DNA of 60,369 nucleotides, the filler included. It is 5 parts of 5 records of this genome, joined end to end, with 100 filler letters (N's around TTAATTAATTAA, not from the genome) between each part and the next. Parts side by side here need not be neighbours in the genome. Positions count along the whole stretch, not along the records: positions 17,451 to 23,365 come from DRR723986_19173; positions 23,466 to 30,653 come from DRR723986_19210; 3 more parts are not named here. One strand, 5' to 3'. Positions 19,914 through 28,884 of the stretch are shown here, in pieces. How positions within the stretch are numbered: the stretch's first letter is position 1; every line of letters starts with the position of its first letter. The position numbers and the translations under genes were made by a program. Under the pieces are notes generated by a model. That model ran no database searches. It had not been told where the DNA came from and was given only the letters and a program-made list of their open reading frames with translations.

Positions 19914-20578
19914 AGTGGATCAAATGGATAATCGGCATTCCGCTCCTGCTGATCCTTGTCGCCTTCCTCCATTACACGTTGCCGGGACGTGATGTGGTTC
20001 GCATCGTCGGCACCGACGTGAAGCGCATGGACATCGGCGCTTCGTCGCTCTTCTGGGCCGCCCCCGATGCAGGTACCAACAAGAACTGGACAAGGGACGT
20101 CCGCTTCATCAACACGGTCTGGCCGAACGGCAAGCCAAGGGTCTACCGCAACGAAGACACCGACTGGGGCTGGCCGCCCTATTTCAAGTTCGACAGCAGC
20201 AACATCACCGCCCAGGCGCAGGATCTGGCCAAGAAAAGCGATGATGTCTGGATCGCCGTCACCCACTATGGCTGGCGTGTGGAGCTGTTCACGATCTTTC
20301 CCAATGCCATCAGCATCGAGGTTGTCTCCGGGCCGGATGTCTTCCTGATCCCCTGGTTCAATATCCTGTTCGTCGTGGTGCTTGTCGCTCTCGCCTATCT
20401 GATCATCAAGACCGTCAACGCCTTCAAGAAACGCCGGATCGACCCGGTGGTCGACGGTATCGACGACTTCATGGACGATGTCGGCGATAGCGCCGAGCAG
20501 GCCCGCGCCAGCGCCCATCGTCGCGCAAGTGAAGCCACGAGCGGCTTCCGCCGATGGTTGAAGCGCTGGTTCGGTTGA
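19910..20578 (+). CDS. DUF1523 family membrane protein
   Basis: Start MKWIKW at an ATGA overlap; HYTLP, RDVRFI, VYRNEDTDWGWPPYFKFDS, HYGWR motifs; two TM segments. Confidence 0.85.
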   Translation: MKWIKWIIGIPLLLILVAFLHYTLPGRDVVRIVGTDVKRMDIGASSLFWAAPDAGTNKNWTRDVRFINTVWPNGKPRVYRNEDTDWGWPPYFKFDSSNITAQAQDLAKKSDDVWIAVTHYGWRVELFTIFPNAISIEVVSGPDVFLIPWFNILFVVVLVALAYLIIKTVNAFKKRRIDPVVDGIDDFMDDVGDSAEQARASAHRRASEATSGFRRWLKRWFG

Positions 20579-20626
20579 CGGGACCGGAACGGCGTGCCTC
20601 TCTGTCGGCCGTGCTCTCTGCACCGC

Positions 20627-20734
20627 CCTCATCCTGAGGAGGACCGCCAGGTCCGTCTCGAAGGATGGGCTTCACACTCCTGAGCAAGCGGCCCATCCTT
20701 CGAGACGGCGCTTGCGCGCCTCCTCAGGATGAGG
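20627..20734. repeat. inverted pair of 44-bp REP-like palindromic elements
   Basis: CCTCATCCTGAGGAGG-N10-CCGTCTCGAAGGATGGGC at 20627-20670 and its reverse complement at 20691-20734, with a 20-nt spacer. Confidence 0.88.
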
Positions 20735-20773
20735 TCGTTCGTTTTAACTTTCCAATCGGCAGGAACCCCGAGT

Positions 20774-21454
20774 TTGAATCAGCCAATCGACCTAGTCATC
20801 TTCGACTGCGACGGTGTTCTCATCGACAGCGAAGTCATCAGCGCGCGCATGCTGGTGGCAGAACTGGCGACGCGGAACGTCCACATCACCATGGACTACG
20901 TCGCTCACCATTTTCTGGGTCGAAGCTATCCGGTTGTCCTGCAGCAGATCCGCAAGGAATTCGGTGTCGACCTGCCGCCGGAATTCGAAACCGCCTACCG
21001 GGCAAGCCTTCTCAGCGCCTTTGAAGCGGAGCTCAGACCGATCGACGGCGTGCGGGAGGTGATCGAGAACCTTGGCGTGGACTATTGCCTTGCGACCAGT
21101 TCCAGCCCGCCGCGGCTCGCCAGATCGCTGGAGATAACCGGGCTGACGGATCTCTTTGCCGGCCGGACCACCACGGCTTCCGAAGTCGCTCACGGCAAAC
21201 CCGCGCCCGACCTGTTCCTCCTTGCGGCGGAAAAACATGGCGTCGCACCGGAGCGCTGCCTGGTGATCGAGGACAGCGAAAACGGCATCAAGGCAGGGCT
21301 TGCCGCCGGTATGGAAGTCTACCGTTTCATTGGCGGTTCGCACCTTTCCGGCCTTCTGAATTCGGCCACTGCCACTGCAGGGGCCGCGCAACTGTTTGCA
21401 TCTTTCGGCGAATTCTTTCAGCTTAGGCCGGATCTGAAGAACAACGGCAACTAA
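20774..21454 (+). CDS. HAD family hydrolase/phosphatase
   Basis: FDCDGVLIDSE, TSS, KPAPD, EDS. The TTG at 20774 follows AGGA; the ATG at 20729 lies inside the REP element. Confidence 0.88.
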   Translation: MNQPIDLVIFDCDGVLIDSEVISARMLVAELATRNVHITMDYVAHHFLGRSYPVVLQQIRKEFGVDLPPEFETAYRASLLSAFEAELRPIDGVREVIENLGVDYCLATSSSPPRLARSLEITGLTDLFAGRTTTASEVAHGKPAPDLFLLAAEKHGVAPERCLVIEDSENGIKAGLAAGMEVYRFIGGSHLSGLLNSATATAGAAQLFASFGEFFQLRPDLKNNGN

Positions 21455-21455
21455 G

Positions 21456-22412
21456 ATGAAACAGAAAATTCCTGCCGAGGCATCCCGTCTCGATGACGCC
21501 GCCCGCGCCGGCTGGTTATACTATGTTGCCGGCAACACCCAGGACGAGATCGCCCGCAAGCTCGGCGTATCCCGCCAATCGGCACAGCGGCTGGTTTCGC
21601 TTGCAGTCAGTGAACGACTGATCAAGGTGCGGCTCGACCACCCGATCGCCAACTGCATGGAACTGAGCACCCGCCTGACGGAACGCTTCGGACTGCAGAG
21701 CTGCGAAGTGGTTCCCAGCGACCCGGACGCCCCGTCCTCCACGGTCGGCATTGCCCAGGCGGCCGCCACCGAGATGGAACGCCATTTCCGCTCCCAGAAA
21801 CCAAAGATCATCGCCTACGGCACGGGCCGCACCTTGCGCGCCTCGGTGGATCAATTGCCGATGATGGACTGTCCCCAGCACCGCATCGTCTCGCTTCTGG
21901 GCAACATGATGTCGGACGGCTCGGCCTCGGCCTACAACGTCATTATCCGGCTTGCCGACCGCATCAATGCCCGGCACTACCCGATGCCTCTGCCCGTCTT
22001 CGCCCGCTCCCGCGAGGAACTGCAACTGCTGCATAACCAGGAAGCGGTGCACAATATCCTCGATCTCATCCGGCAGGCGGACGTTACTTTCGTGGGTATC
22101 GGCAACATGGGACCGACTGCACCACTGACGGTCGACGGATTCGTCAGTCACGACGAAATGCGCGCACTGGAGAAAGCCGGTGCCATCGGCGAAATTACGA
22201 GCTGGGTCTACGACCGAAAAGGCGCGCTGGTCGAAGGACTTACCAATGACCTGGTAGCCAGTGCCCCCCTGCTGCCGGCCGGAGAGAAACCGGTTTACGG
22301 AATTGCGGCGGGCGACGGCAAGGTGCCGGCCATGCTGGGAGCGTTGAACGGCAAATTTGTCAATTGCCTGATCACCAATGAGACGACGGCTGAGCAATTG
22401 CTCAAGCTCTGA
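21456..22412 (+). CDS. SorC/DeoR-type sugar-binding transcriptional regulator (SmoC-like)
   Basis: WLYYVAGNTQDEIARKLGVSR HTH, GTGRT, VGIG, LITNE. Confidence 0.9.
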   Translation: MKQKIPAEASRLDDAARAGWLYYVAGNTQDEIARKLGVSRQSAQRLVSLAVSERLIKVRLDHPIANCMELSTRLTERFGLQSCEVVPSDPDAPSSTVGIAQAAATEMERHFRSQKPKIIAYGTGRTLRASVDQLPMMDCPQHRIVSLLGNMMSDGSASAYNVIIRLADRINARHYPMPLPVFARSREELQLLHNQEAVHNILDLIRQADVTFVGIGNMGPTAPLTVDGFVSHDEMRALEKAGAIGEITSWVYDRKGALVEGLTNDLVASAPLLPAGEKPVYGIAAGDGKVPAMLGALNGKFVNCLITNETTAEQLLKL

Positions 22413-22447
22413 GCGATTTCCCAATATAAATAACTATATGAATTTTA

Positions 22448-22481
22448 AAGGCTTTTCGCAGTGCAGCGAGAAGCCTTTTTT
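22448..22481 (+). terminator. Rho-independent terminator
   Basis: AAGGCTTTTCGC-AGTGCA-GCGAGAAGCCTT followed by a T run. Confidence 0.75.
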
Positions 22482-22499
22482 GTTTTAGGCGATTCACAT

Positions 22500-22551
22500 C
22501 TTGACTCGGGGTGCGAATTGGAGTGAATATTTGCCCGCAAGAATGGCAAAT
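22500..22551 (+). promoter_or_regulatory. promoter and putative operator of the polyol ABC operon
   Basis: CTTGAC -35-like hexamer and perfect inverted repeat ATTTGCC-N9-GGCAAAT (22529-22551). Confidence 0.55.
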
Positions 22552-22576
22552 GCCCAATCTCGCTTGGGAGGAAAAT

Positions 22577-23365
22577 ATGGCATTTCATACCCGTGCGCTC
22601 CTCAGCGCATGTGCAATGGCGGCTCTGTGCGCATCCGCATCTGCAGAAACAATCACCATCGCGACCGTGAACAACGGTGACATGATCCGTATGCAGGGTC
22701 TGACGAAGGACTTCACCGACAAGAACCCTGACATCGAAGTCAAATGGCTGACCATGGAGGAGAACGTTCTCCGCCAGCGCGTCACCACTGACGTCGCCAC
22801 CAAGGGCGGTCAGTTCGACGTCATGACCATCGGCACCTATGAAGTTCCGATCTGGGGCAAGCAGGGCTGGCTCGTTTCCCTGAACGACCTGCCGGAAAGC
22901 TACGACGCGGACGACATCCTGCCGGCCATCCGTGGCGGCCTGACCGTTGACGGCGAGCTCTTTGCAGCACCGTTCTACGGCGAAAGCTCCATGGTCATGT
23001 ACCGCAAGGACCTGATGGAAAAAGCCGGCCTGGAAATGCCGGAAGCCCCGACCTGGGACTTTATCGTCGAAGCCGCCAAGGCAATGACGGACAAGGAAAA
23101 CGAAGTCTACGGCATCTGCCTGCGCGGCAAGGCCGGCTGGGGTGAAAACATGGCGTTCCTGACGGCCATGGCGAACTCTTACGGCGCCCGCTGGTTCGAC
23201 ATGGACTGGAAGCCGCAGTTCGACACACCGCAGTGGAAAGAAGCTCTTACCACCTATCTCGACGTGATGAACGAAGCAGGCCCTCCGGGCGCTTCTTCCA
23301 ACGGCTTCAACGAAAACCTGGCCCTGTTCCAGACCGGCAAGTGCGGCATGTGGATCGACGCCACC
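22577..23365 (+). CDS. polyol (sorbitol/mannitol) ABC transporter substrate-binding protein, SmoE/MtlE-like, 3'-truncated
   Basis: GGGAGG RBS, signal peptide, TIATVNNGDMIRMQ, PFYGESS, CLRGKAGWGEN. Confidence 0.9.
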
Positions 23366-23465
23366 NNNNNNNNNNNNNNNNNNNNNNNNNNNNNNNNNNN
23401 NNNNNNNNNTTAATTAATTAANNNNNNNNNNNNNNNNNNNNNNNNNNNNNNNNNNNNNNNNNNNN
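23366..23465. other. artificial contig linker
   Basis: N44-TTAATTAATTAA-N44. Confidence 0.98.
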
Positions 23466-23596
23466 GTTTTGCCGGCCCCGTTGGGGCCGATGATGGAGAC
23501 TATTTCGTGTTCCTGCACGTCCAGGCTTACCTGGTCGACTGCCAGCAGGCCGCCGAAGCGCATGGACAGATTCTGTGCTTCTAGCATGTCTGTCAC
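23466..23596 (-). CDS. livG: branched-chain amino acid ABC transporter ATPase, truncated
   Basis: [22 protein letters not shown] overlap with livM. Confidence 0.88.
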
Positions 23597-24864
23597 TCCT
23601 GGCGTCTGAGTTCAATGTGAATGCGGCGCATGGGCATCAGCCCCTGTGGCCGCCAGACCATCATCAGTACCATGGCGGCGCCGAAAACCAGCATCCGGTA
23701 GTCGGAAAACTCCCGGGCCAGTTCCGGCAGGATGGTCACGGCAACGGCGGCAAGCACGACGCCCAGCTGCGAGCCCATGCCGCCGAGCACCACGATCGCC
23801 AGGATGATGGCAGACTCAAGGAACACAAACGACTCCGGGCTGATGAAGCCCTGTTTGGAGGCAAACACGGTGCCGGCAAACCCGGCAAAGAAAGCGCCAA
23901 TGGTAAAGGCGGAGAGTTTCACCGCCGTGCGGCTCAGGCCCAGGGAGCGGGCTGCAATCTCGTCTTCCCGCAGGGCTTCCCAGGCACGACCAACGGGCAT
24001 GCGCATGAACCGGCGGATGATCAGGGCTGTAATAACGGCCAGAACCAGAGCGATCAGGTAAAGAAAAATCACCTTGTGCTCACCGCTGTAGGCTATGCCG
24101 AAGGTCTCATGGAAGGAGGTGTTGCCTTCCTCGCGCACCCGGCGGCCAAATTCCATGCCGAACAGGGTGGGATCGGGAATGCCCCCAATGCCGTTGGGGC
24201 CGCCGGTGACGGCAGTCCAGTTGTTGAGCAGAATCCGGATGATTTCACCAAAGCCGAGCGTAACGATGGCGAGATAGTCACCTCGTAATCGCAGCACGGG
24301 GAAGCCGAGAACCAGGCCAAACAAGGCTGCCAGGCAAGCTCCGATAGGCAGCGCCATCCAGAAGGAAATGCCGGCGTATTGGGACAGCAGGGCAAAGGTG
24401 TAGGCGCCAACCGCGTAGAACGCCACGTAGCCAAGGTCTAGCAGGCCCGCAAGACCCACGACGACGTTCAGTCCCAGTGCGAGCATGACATAGATCAGGA
24501 CCAGAGTGGCCAGATCCACAGCGCCTCGGGAAACGAAGAAGGGCCAGAACAGGGCCAGAACCACAATGCCGGTAAGCACCCAGGATTCGATTTTAGCCCG
24601 CTTGTTCTCGGCCATCGGCTCCTTCTGGGTTTTGGGCATTGGGCTGGGGATGCTCTTGAGCCCACCCATGATCTGGTCCCGGAACAACTGGAACAGGAAC
24701 ACGACCACCGCGGCCAGCAACACGAGGACTACTGTGCTGGTGTCGGCGCCGGTCAGGGTTACGCTGATGCCCTGGGCTTCCAGGTTAAAGCCGATGATCG
24801 GGTAGGAAATGATCAGTGTGATGATCGCGCAGAAAAGCGCGTGTCGAAAATTGTTGGCAGCCAT
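23593..24864 (-). CDS. livM: branched-chain amino acid ABC permease
   Basis: [34 protein letters not shown]. Confidence 0.95.
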   Translation of the reverse strand: MAANNFRHALFCAIITLIISYPIIGFNLEAQGISVTLTGADTSTVVLVLLAAVVVFLFQLFRDQIMGGLKSIPSPMPKTQKEPMAENKRAKIESWVLTGIVVLALFWPFFVSRGAVDLATLVLIYVMLALGLNVVVGLAGLLDLGYVAFYAVGAYTFALLSQYAGISFWMALPIGACLAALFGLVLGFPVLRLRGDYLAIVTLGFGEIIRILLNNWTAVTGGPNGIGGIPDPTLFGMEFGRRVREEGNTSFHETFGIAYSGEHKVIFLYLIALVLAVITALIIRRFMRMPVGRAWEALREDEIAARSLGLSRTAVKLSAFTIGAFFAGFAGTVFASKQGFISPESFVFLESAIILAIVVLGGMGSQLGVVLAAVAVTILPELAREFSDYRMLVFGAAMVLMMVWRPQGLMPMRRIHIELRRQE

Positions 24865-25787
24865 CAGATCTTCTCAACCTCCGGTTTGCCCAGCAGTCCG
24901 GTGGGTTTGAACAGCAGAATCAGAATGAGCAGGCTGAACGACACCACATCTTTGTACTCACCACTCAGGTAGCCCGAGGTCATGCTCTCGGCAACGCCGA
25001 GGATGAGGCCGCCCAGCATGGCGCCGGGAATGCTGCCAATACCGCCAAGAACGGCTGCGGTGAAGGCTTTCAGGCCGGCAATAAAGCCGAAGAGCGGATC
25101 CACTGAACCGTAATACATACCCAGCAGCAGCCCGGCGACGGCAGCGAGCGCGGCACCAATCACGAAGGTGGCTGAAATGATACGGTTGGTGTCGATGCCC
25201 AGTAGATTCGCCATGCCCAGATCCTGCGAGACCGCGCGACAGGCCCTGCCGATGCGGGAGCGGGAGATGAACAGGGAAAGTGCGGTCATACAGATCAGGG
25301 TGGTGATAAAGATGGTGATCTGAATGTAGGAGATGGACATCGGGAAGGTATCTTCGGAGCCGAACTGGAAACCACCTTCAATCAATGCCGGGAAGCCGAT
25401 GTTGCGGGAGCCCTGGGCGAGGTGGACATAGTTCTGCAGAAAGATGGACATGCCGATGGCGGAGATCAGCGGAATCAGGCGGTGCCGCCCGCGTACCGGC
25501 CGATAGGCTACCCGTTCCACGGCCCATCCCATGGAGCTGGAGACAATCACCGCACATATGAGTGCAACGATCAGTACCAGTGGTAACCAGGCGATACCGA
25601 GGGTGGCCAGGCCCGTTATGGCGATCAGCGCGGTGTAGGCGCCGATCATGTAAACCTCACCATGGGCAAAGTTGATCATGCCGATGATGCCGTAAACCAT
25701 CGTGTAGCCGATGGCGATCAGGGCGTAGGTGCTCCCGATCGTCAGCCCGTTAATGAGCTGTTGAAAAAAATACAGGAGGTCTTGCAT
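24864..25787 (-). CDS. livH: branched-chain amino acid ABC permease
   Basis: Start [45 protein letters not shown]. Confidence 0.95.
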   Translation of the reverse strand: MQDLLYFFQQLINGLTIGSTYALIAIGYTMVYGIIGMINFAHGEVYMIGAYTALIAITGLATLGIAWLPLVLIVALICAVIVSSSMGWAVERVAYRPVRGRHRLIPLISAIGMSIFLQNYVHLAQGSRNIGFPALIEGGFQFGSEDTFPMSISYIQITIFITTLICMTALSLFISRSRIGRACRAVSQDLGMANLLGIDTNRIISATFVIGAALAAVAGLLLGMYYGSVDPLFGFIAGLKAFTAAVLGGIGSIPGAMLGGLILGVAESMTSGYLSGEYKDVVSFSLLILILLFKPTGLLGKPEVEKI

Positions 25788-25885
25788 GTTTGTGGAACTC
25801 CGAAAGCCCGCTCCCTCGCCTGGCTGCGACCGATCACCGGTGTCGCCGGTGCGGATGCAGTGAGGGTCTGCAGGAGCCCAGAAAA

Positions 25886-25915
25886 ACACCTTCCCCCGGA
25901 TCGCGGTGGGAAGGT
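25886..25915 (-). terminator. intercistronic hairpin after livJ
   Basis: CACCTTCCC..GGGAAGGTG stem with a T run on the minus strand. Confidence 0.55.
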
Positions 25916-25949
25916 GCTCTCATTATTACCGTTAGTTAACGATTTTGGC

Positions 25950-27062
25950 TCAGTTTACCGGAGTTTTACTGCCATCTGAATGCCATTCGTACACCACAAA
26001 CTCGAACGACTTCATGTCGCCGGCTTTGTCGTACTGAACGGTGCCGATGGGGGTCTCGAAGCTTCCGGTACGAAGGGCCTGGGCCACATCGAACGGATCT
26101 TTTGAGTCGGCCGCTTCAATGCCTTCCGCAATCAGCTGTACGGCGGCATAGGAGGTGAGTACGAAGGGACCGGAGGGATCTTCACCTTTGGCGTCAAAGG
26201 CGGCGATCAGCTCCTGGTTTTCTTCTTTCTGGTCGAAGCTGGGCGGCAGGGTGACCAGCAGGCCTTCGGCGGCTTCACCCGCGATGGTGTTGATGTCTTT
26301 GTTACCCACGCCTTCCGGGCCCATGAACTTGGCATCCACGTCAGACTGGCGCGCCTGGCGGAGGATCAGGCCCAGCTCAGGGTGGTAGCCACCGTAGTAC
26401 ACGTAATCGACGTCAGCCTGTTTGATTTTGGTGACAAGGGAAGAGAAGTCCTTGTCACCGGCGGTAATGCCTTCAAACATGGCAATTTCGATGCCGGCAT
26501 CCTGCAGGGTGTCGCGTACTGCAGTGGCAATACCTTCACCATACTGCTGTTTGTCATGAACGATGGCCACGCGCTCAGGACTCTGGCTGGCAATGTAGTT
26601 GCCGGCAACCGGCCCCTGCATGCTGTCCAGGCCGATGGTGCGGAACACCAGTTCGTAGCCGCGCTCGGTGATTTCCGGGCTGGTGGAGGCCGGAGTGATC
26701 ATCAGAATGCCTTCGTCTTCATAGATGTCAGACGCCGGCTGGGTAGAGCTCGAACACAGGTGGCCCACCACGTAGCGAACACCTTCATTGACCAGCCGGT
26801 TGGCAACGGTAACGGCCTGCTTCGGGTCGCACACGTCGTCCACTTCAACGGCCACCAGGTCTTCGCCCATAACACCACCGGCAGCGTTAATCTGCTCGAT
26901 GGCCATGCGGGCACCAGAGAACTGCATGTCACCGTACTGGGCAACCGGGCCGGTCATCGGGCCGGCGATACCAACTTTGATTTCAGCGGCGGCCTGGCCG
27001 GCAGCCATCAGAGCAACGGACGCGCCTACAGCGGTAGCGAGTTTCTTTACGGAGGTTTTCAT
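25950..27062 (-). CDS. livJ: branched-chain amino acid ABC substrate-binding protein
   Basis: Signal peptide, DDVCDPKQAV, VGHLCSSST, HDKQQYGEG, YGGYHPE. Confidence 0.93.
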   Translation of the reverse strand: MKTSVKKLATAVGASVALMAAGQAAAEIKVGIAGPMTGPVAQYGDMQFSGARMAIEQINAAGGVMGEDLVAVEVDDVCDPKQAVTVANRLVNEGVRYVVGHLCSSSTQPASDIYEDEGILMITPASTSPEITERGYELVFRTIGLDSMQGPVAGNYIASQSPERVAIVHDKQQYGEGIATAVRDTLQDAGIEIAMFEGITAGDKDFSSLVTKIKQADVDYVYYGGYHPELGLILRQARQSDVDAKFMGPEGVGNKDINTIAGEAAEGLLVTLPPSFDQKEENQELIAAFDAKGEDPSGPFVLTSYAAVQLIAEGIEAADSKDPFDVAQALRTGSFETPIGTVQYDKAGDMKSFEFVVYEWHSDGSKTPVN

Positions 27063-27225
27063 CGTGTTTTTCCTGTTTGTGTCAGGGTTATTCTTATGTT
27101 CTCAGAGACTTAAACAAACACCACAGTCTGTTGCTTGTCAAGCAAATCAGGCCAGGGTGTCTGCTCTGGAACACGGCGCAGCTATCGGGAAAGAATTAGC
27201 AAGCGCCGTGCCGTCCTGAGCAGTG

Positions 27226-28137
27226 TCACGCGTCCGTGCTGTCGTCCTTATTTTGAAAGACAAGATTCCTGAAACTTTCGTGATCGTGCAGGTGTTCGAA
27301 GCTCGGGTCAACCGATGCGTCGTCCCGATAGGCTTCCGAGATCTCAATGGCTTTTTCCAGATTGCTGACGGCATCTTCCCAGCGGCCAATCTCGGCATAG
27401 GCGCACGCCAACTGGTAGTGTGCGTGGCCATTGTCTGGTGCCAGTTTCAGTGCGCGCTGGCACAAACTGATGGCCCAGAGGGGCTCCTGCATTTCGAGTA
27501 CGGCGTCGGCTTTATAGCTCAATGCCTCAACATCGTCCGGGCGCAGGTCCAGAATCTGGTCGTAGGCGGCGATCTTGTTCTGCTGCGAGGTTTCCTGGCT
27601 TGCCTTCAACCAGAGCGCGTGCACTTCGTTGGTGCGCTCAATCTCGGCCTGGTTCTGATGGATGATCTCGGACTTCTGCTGCAGTTGTTCTTCAATGGCC
27701 TTCAGGCGCTGTTCGTATTCCACCACCAGTTCGTTCACACGTTTCTCGGCCAGGCTGGTCAGCTGGTTACGCATGTCGCGGATGGAGTTCCAGCCAATGA
27801 CAACCAGAATGGAAGTGGCGCCGGCGATCAGGTAGAAAAAGTAAGTCACCGTGTCGGTGGCGTAGGACATGGTTTTGTCGGCCACGGATAGTTCCTTGTC
27901 TACCACTTTCTCGATCAGTTCGGCCCGGGTATTTTGCATCTCCTGGCGCAACGCCTTGGTTTCCTCCAGCAGATAGAGTTCCACAAACGGCGTGTACATG
28001 GGTTTTTCCAGGGTGCGTGTGCTTTCCTCCAGGTCTTCCGCGGTCAGTTCTTCTTCCGGGCCGAGCTGTTGTTGCTGGGCAAACGCCTGGCCGGCAAAAG
28101 TGAGCACGAGGGCGAACATGAGGTAATACCTGATCAT
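27226..28137 (-). CDS. membrane-anchored coiled-coil TPR protein
   Basis: Signal peptide, central TM segment, coiled coil, TPR-like AHYQLACAYAEIGRWEDAVSNLEKAI. Confidence 0.8.
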   Translation of the reverse strand: MIRYYLMFALVLTFAGQAFAQQQQLGPEEELTAEDLEESTRTLEKPMYTPFVELYLLEETKALRQEMQNTRAELIEKVVDKELSVADKTMSYATDTVTYFFYLIAGATSILVVIGWNSIRDMRNQLTSLAEKRVNELVVEYEQRLKAIEEQLQQKSEIIHQNQAEIERTNEVHALWLKASQETSQQNKIAAYDQILDLRPDDVEALSYKADAVLEMQEPLWAISLCQRALKLAPDNGHAHYQLACAYAEIGRWEDAVSNLEKAIEISEAYRDDASVDPSFEHLHDHESFRNLVFQNKDDSTDA

Positions 28138-28266
28138 TAACCAGATCCATCAGTCAGTGAATTGAAGCGATTGCTGACCTTAGCATAGTGGCTGGCAGAA
28201 ATAATGCTGCATTGCCCACCGGAGGGGGTAATGCCAACAAGAAAGCAAGCTAGTAAAACTGCACAC

Positions 28267-28312
28267 TTGCAATCCTTGGTGCAAAGACCTCTAATAATTA
28301 GTGGTATAAATA
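28267..28312 (+). promoter_or_regulatory. sigma70 promoter with overlapping MarR-type pseudo-palindrome
   Basis: TTGCAA-N17-TCTAAT, and TAATTAGT-GG-TATAAATA at 28295-28312. Confidence 0.5.
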
Positions 28313-28342
28313 ATGGTCAGACATCTCTTCCGGGGGACGGAT

Positions 28343-28837
28343 GTGAACAGCTATGAGCAGGTTTTGGTGGCATTGCGCCGGGTAATCCGGGCCACGGATC
28401 TTCATTCCAAGCGACTCAGCAAGCACGCCGGGCTTACCGGCCCCCAGTTGCTGATCATGCGCACTATCCGGGATATGGGTGAGGTTACGATCGGCACGAT
28501 TGCCGAGAACGTGAGTCTCAGCCAGGCCACGGTGACGACCATTCTCGACAGACTGGAGCATCGCAAACTGGTGTACCGGGTTCGCAGCACGAGAGACAAG
28601 CGCAAGGTTCACGCCCATCTTACGGAGGATGGGGCTGAGATTCTGGCTCGTGCGCCCAACCCTCTGCAGGAGGACTTCATCCAGAAGTTTCAGAGCCTGG
28701 CGGAGTGGGAGCAGACCATGATTCTGGCCTCGTTGCAGCGCGTGGCCAACATGATGGATGCCGATGATATTGATGCTTCACCGGTGCTGACCGTTGGTTC
28801 GGTTCTGAAAGACGACGGCTGGAAAGAAAAGCCCTGA
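28343..28837 (+). CDS. MarR family regulator, EctR/CosR-like
   Basis: GTG start after GGGGGA; LVALRRVIRATDLHSKRL..GLTGPQL, SLSQATVTTILDRLE, APNPLQEDF. Confidence 0.85.
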   Translation: MNSYEQVLVALRRVIRATDLHSKRLSKHAGLTGPQLLIMRTIRDMGEVTIGTIAENVSLSQATVTTILDRLEHRKLVYRVRSTRDKRKVHAHLTEDGAEILARAPNPLQEDFIQKFQSLAEWEQTMILASLQRVANMMDADDIDASPVLTVGSVLKDDGWKEKP

Positions 28838-28884
28838 ACTGGTTTTGAGGCCAGCCCTGATCAAGGGCCGGCCTCAGCAGTTCA
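28835..28884. terminator. hairpin between convergent marR and lon
   Basis: TGAGGCCAGCCCT-GATCA-AGGGCCGGCCTCA flanked by TGAACTG/CAGTTCA. Confidence 0.55.

Noticed and set aside
20729..20773. N-terminal extension of the HAD hydrolase
   Set aside because: The ATG lies within the REP-like element; the TTG at 20774 has an RBS and fits the family start
17395..22424. Long antisense ORFs (17395-18225, 18696-19910, 19838-20632, 21516-22424)
   Set aside because: They are shadows of real GC3-rich genes on the opposite strand and have no recognisable motifs
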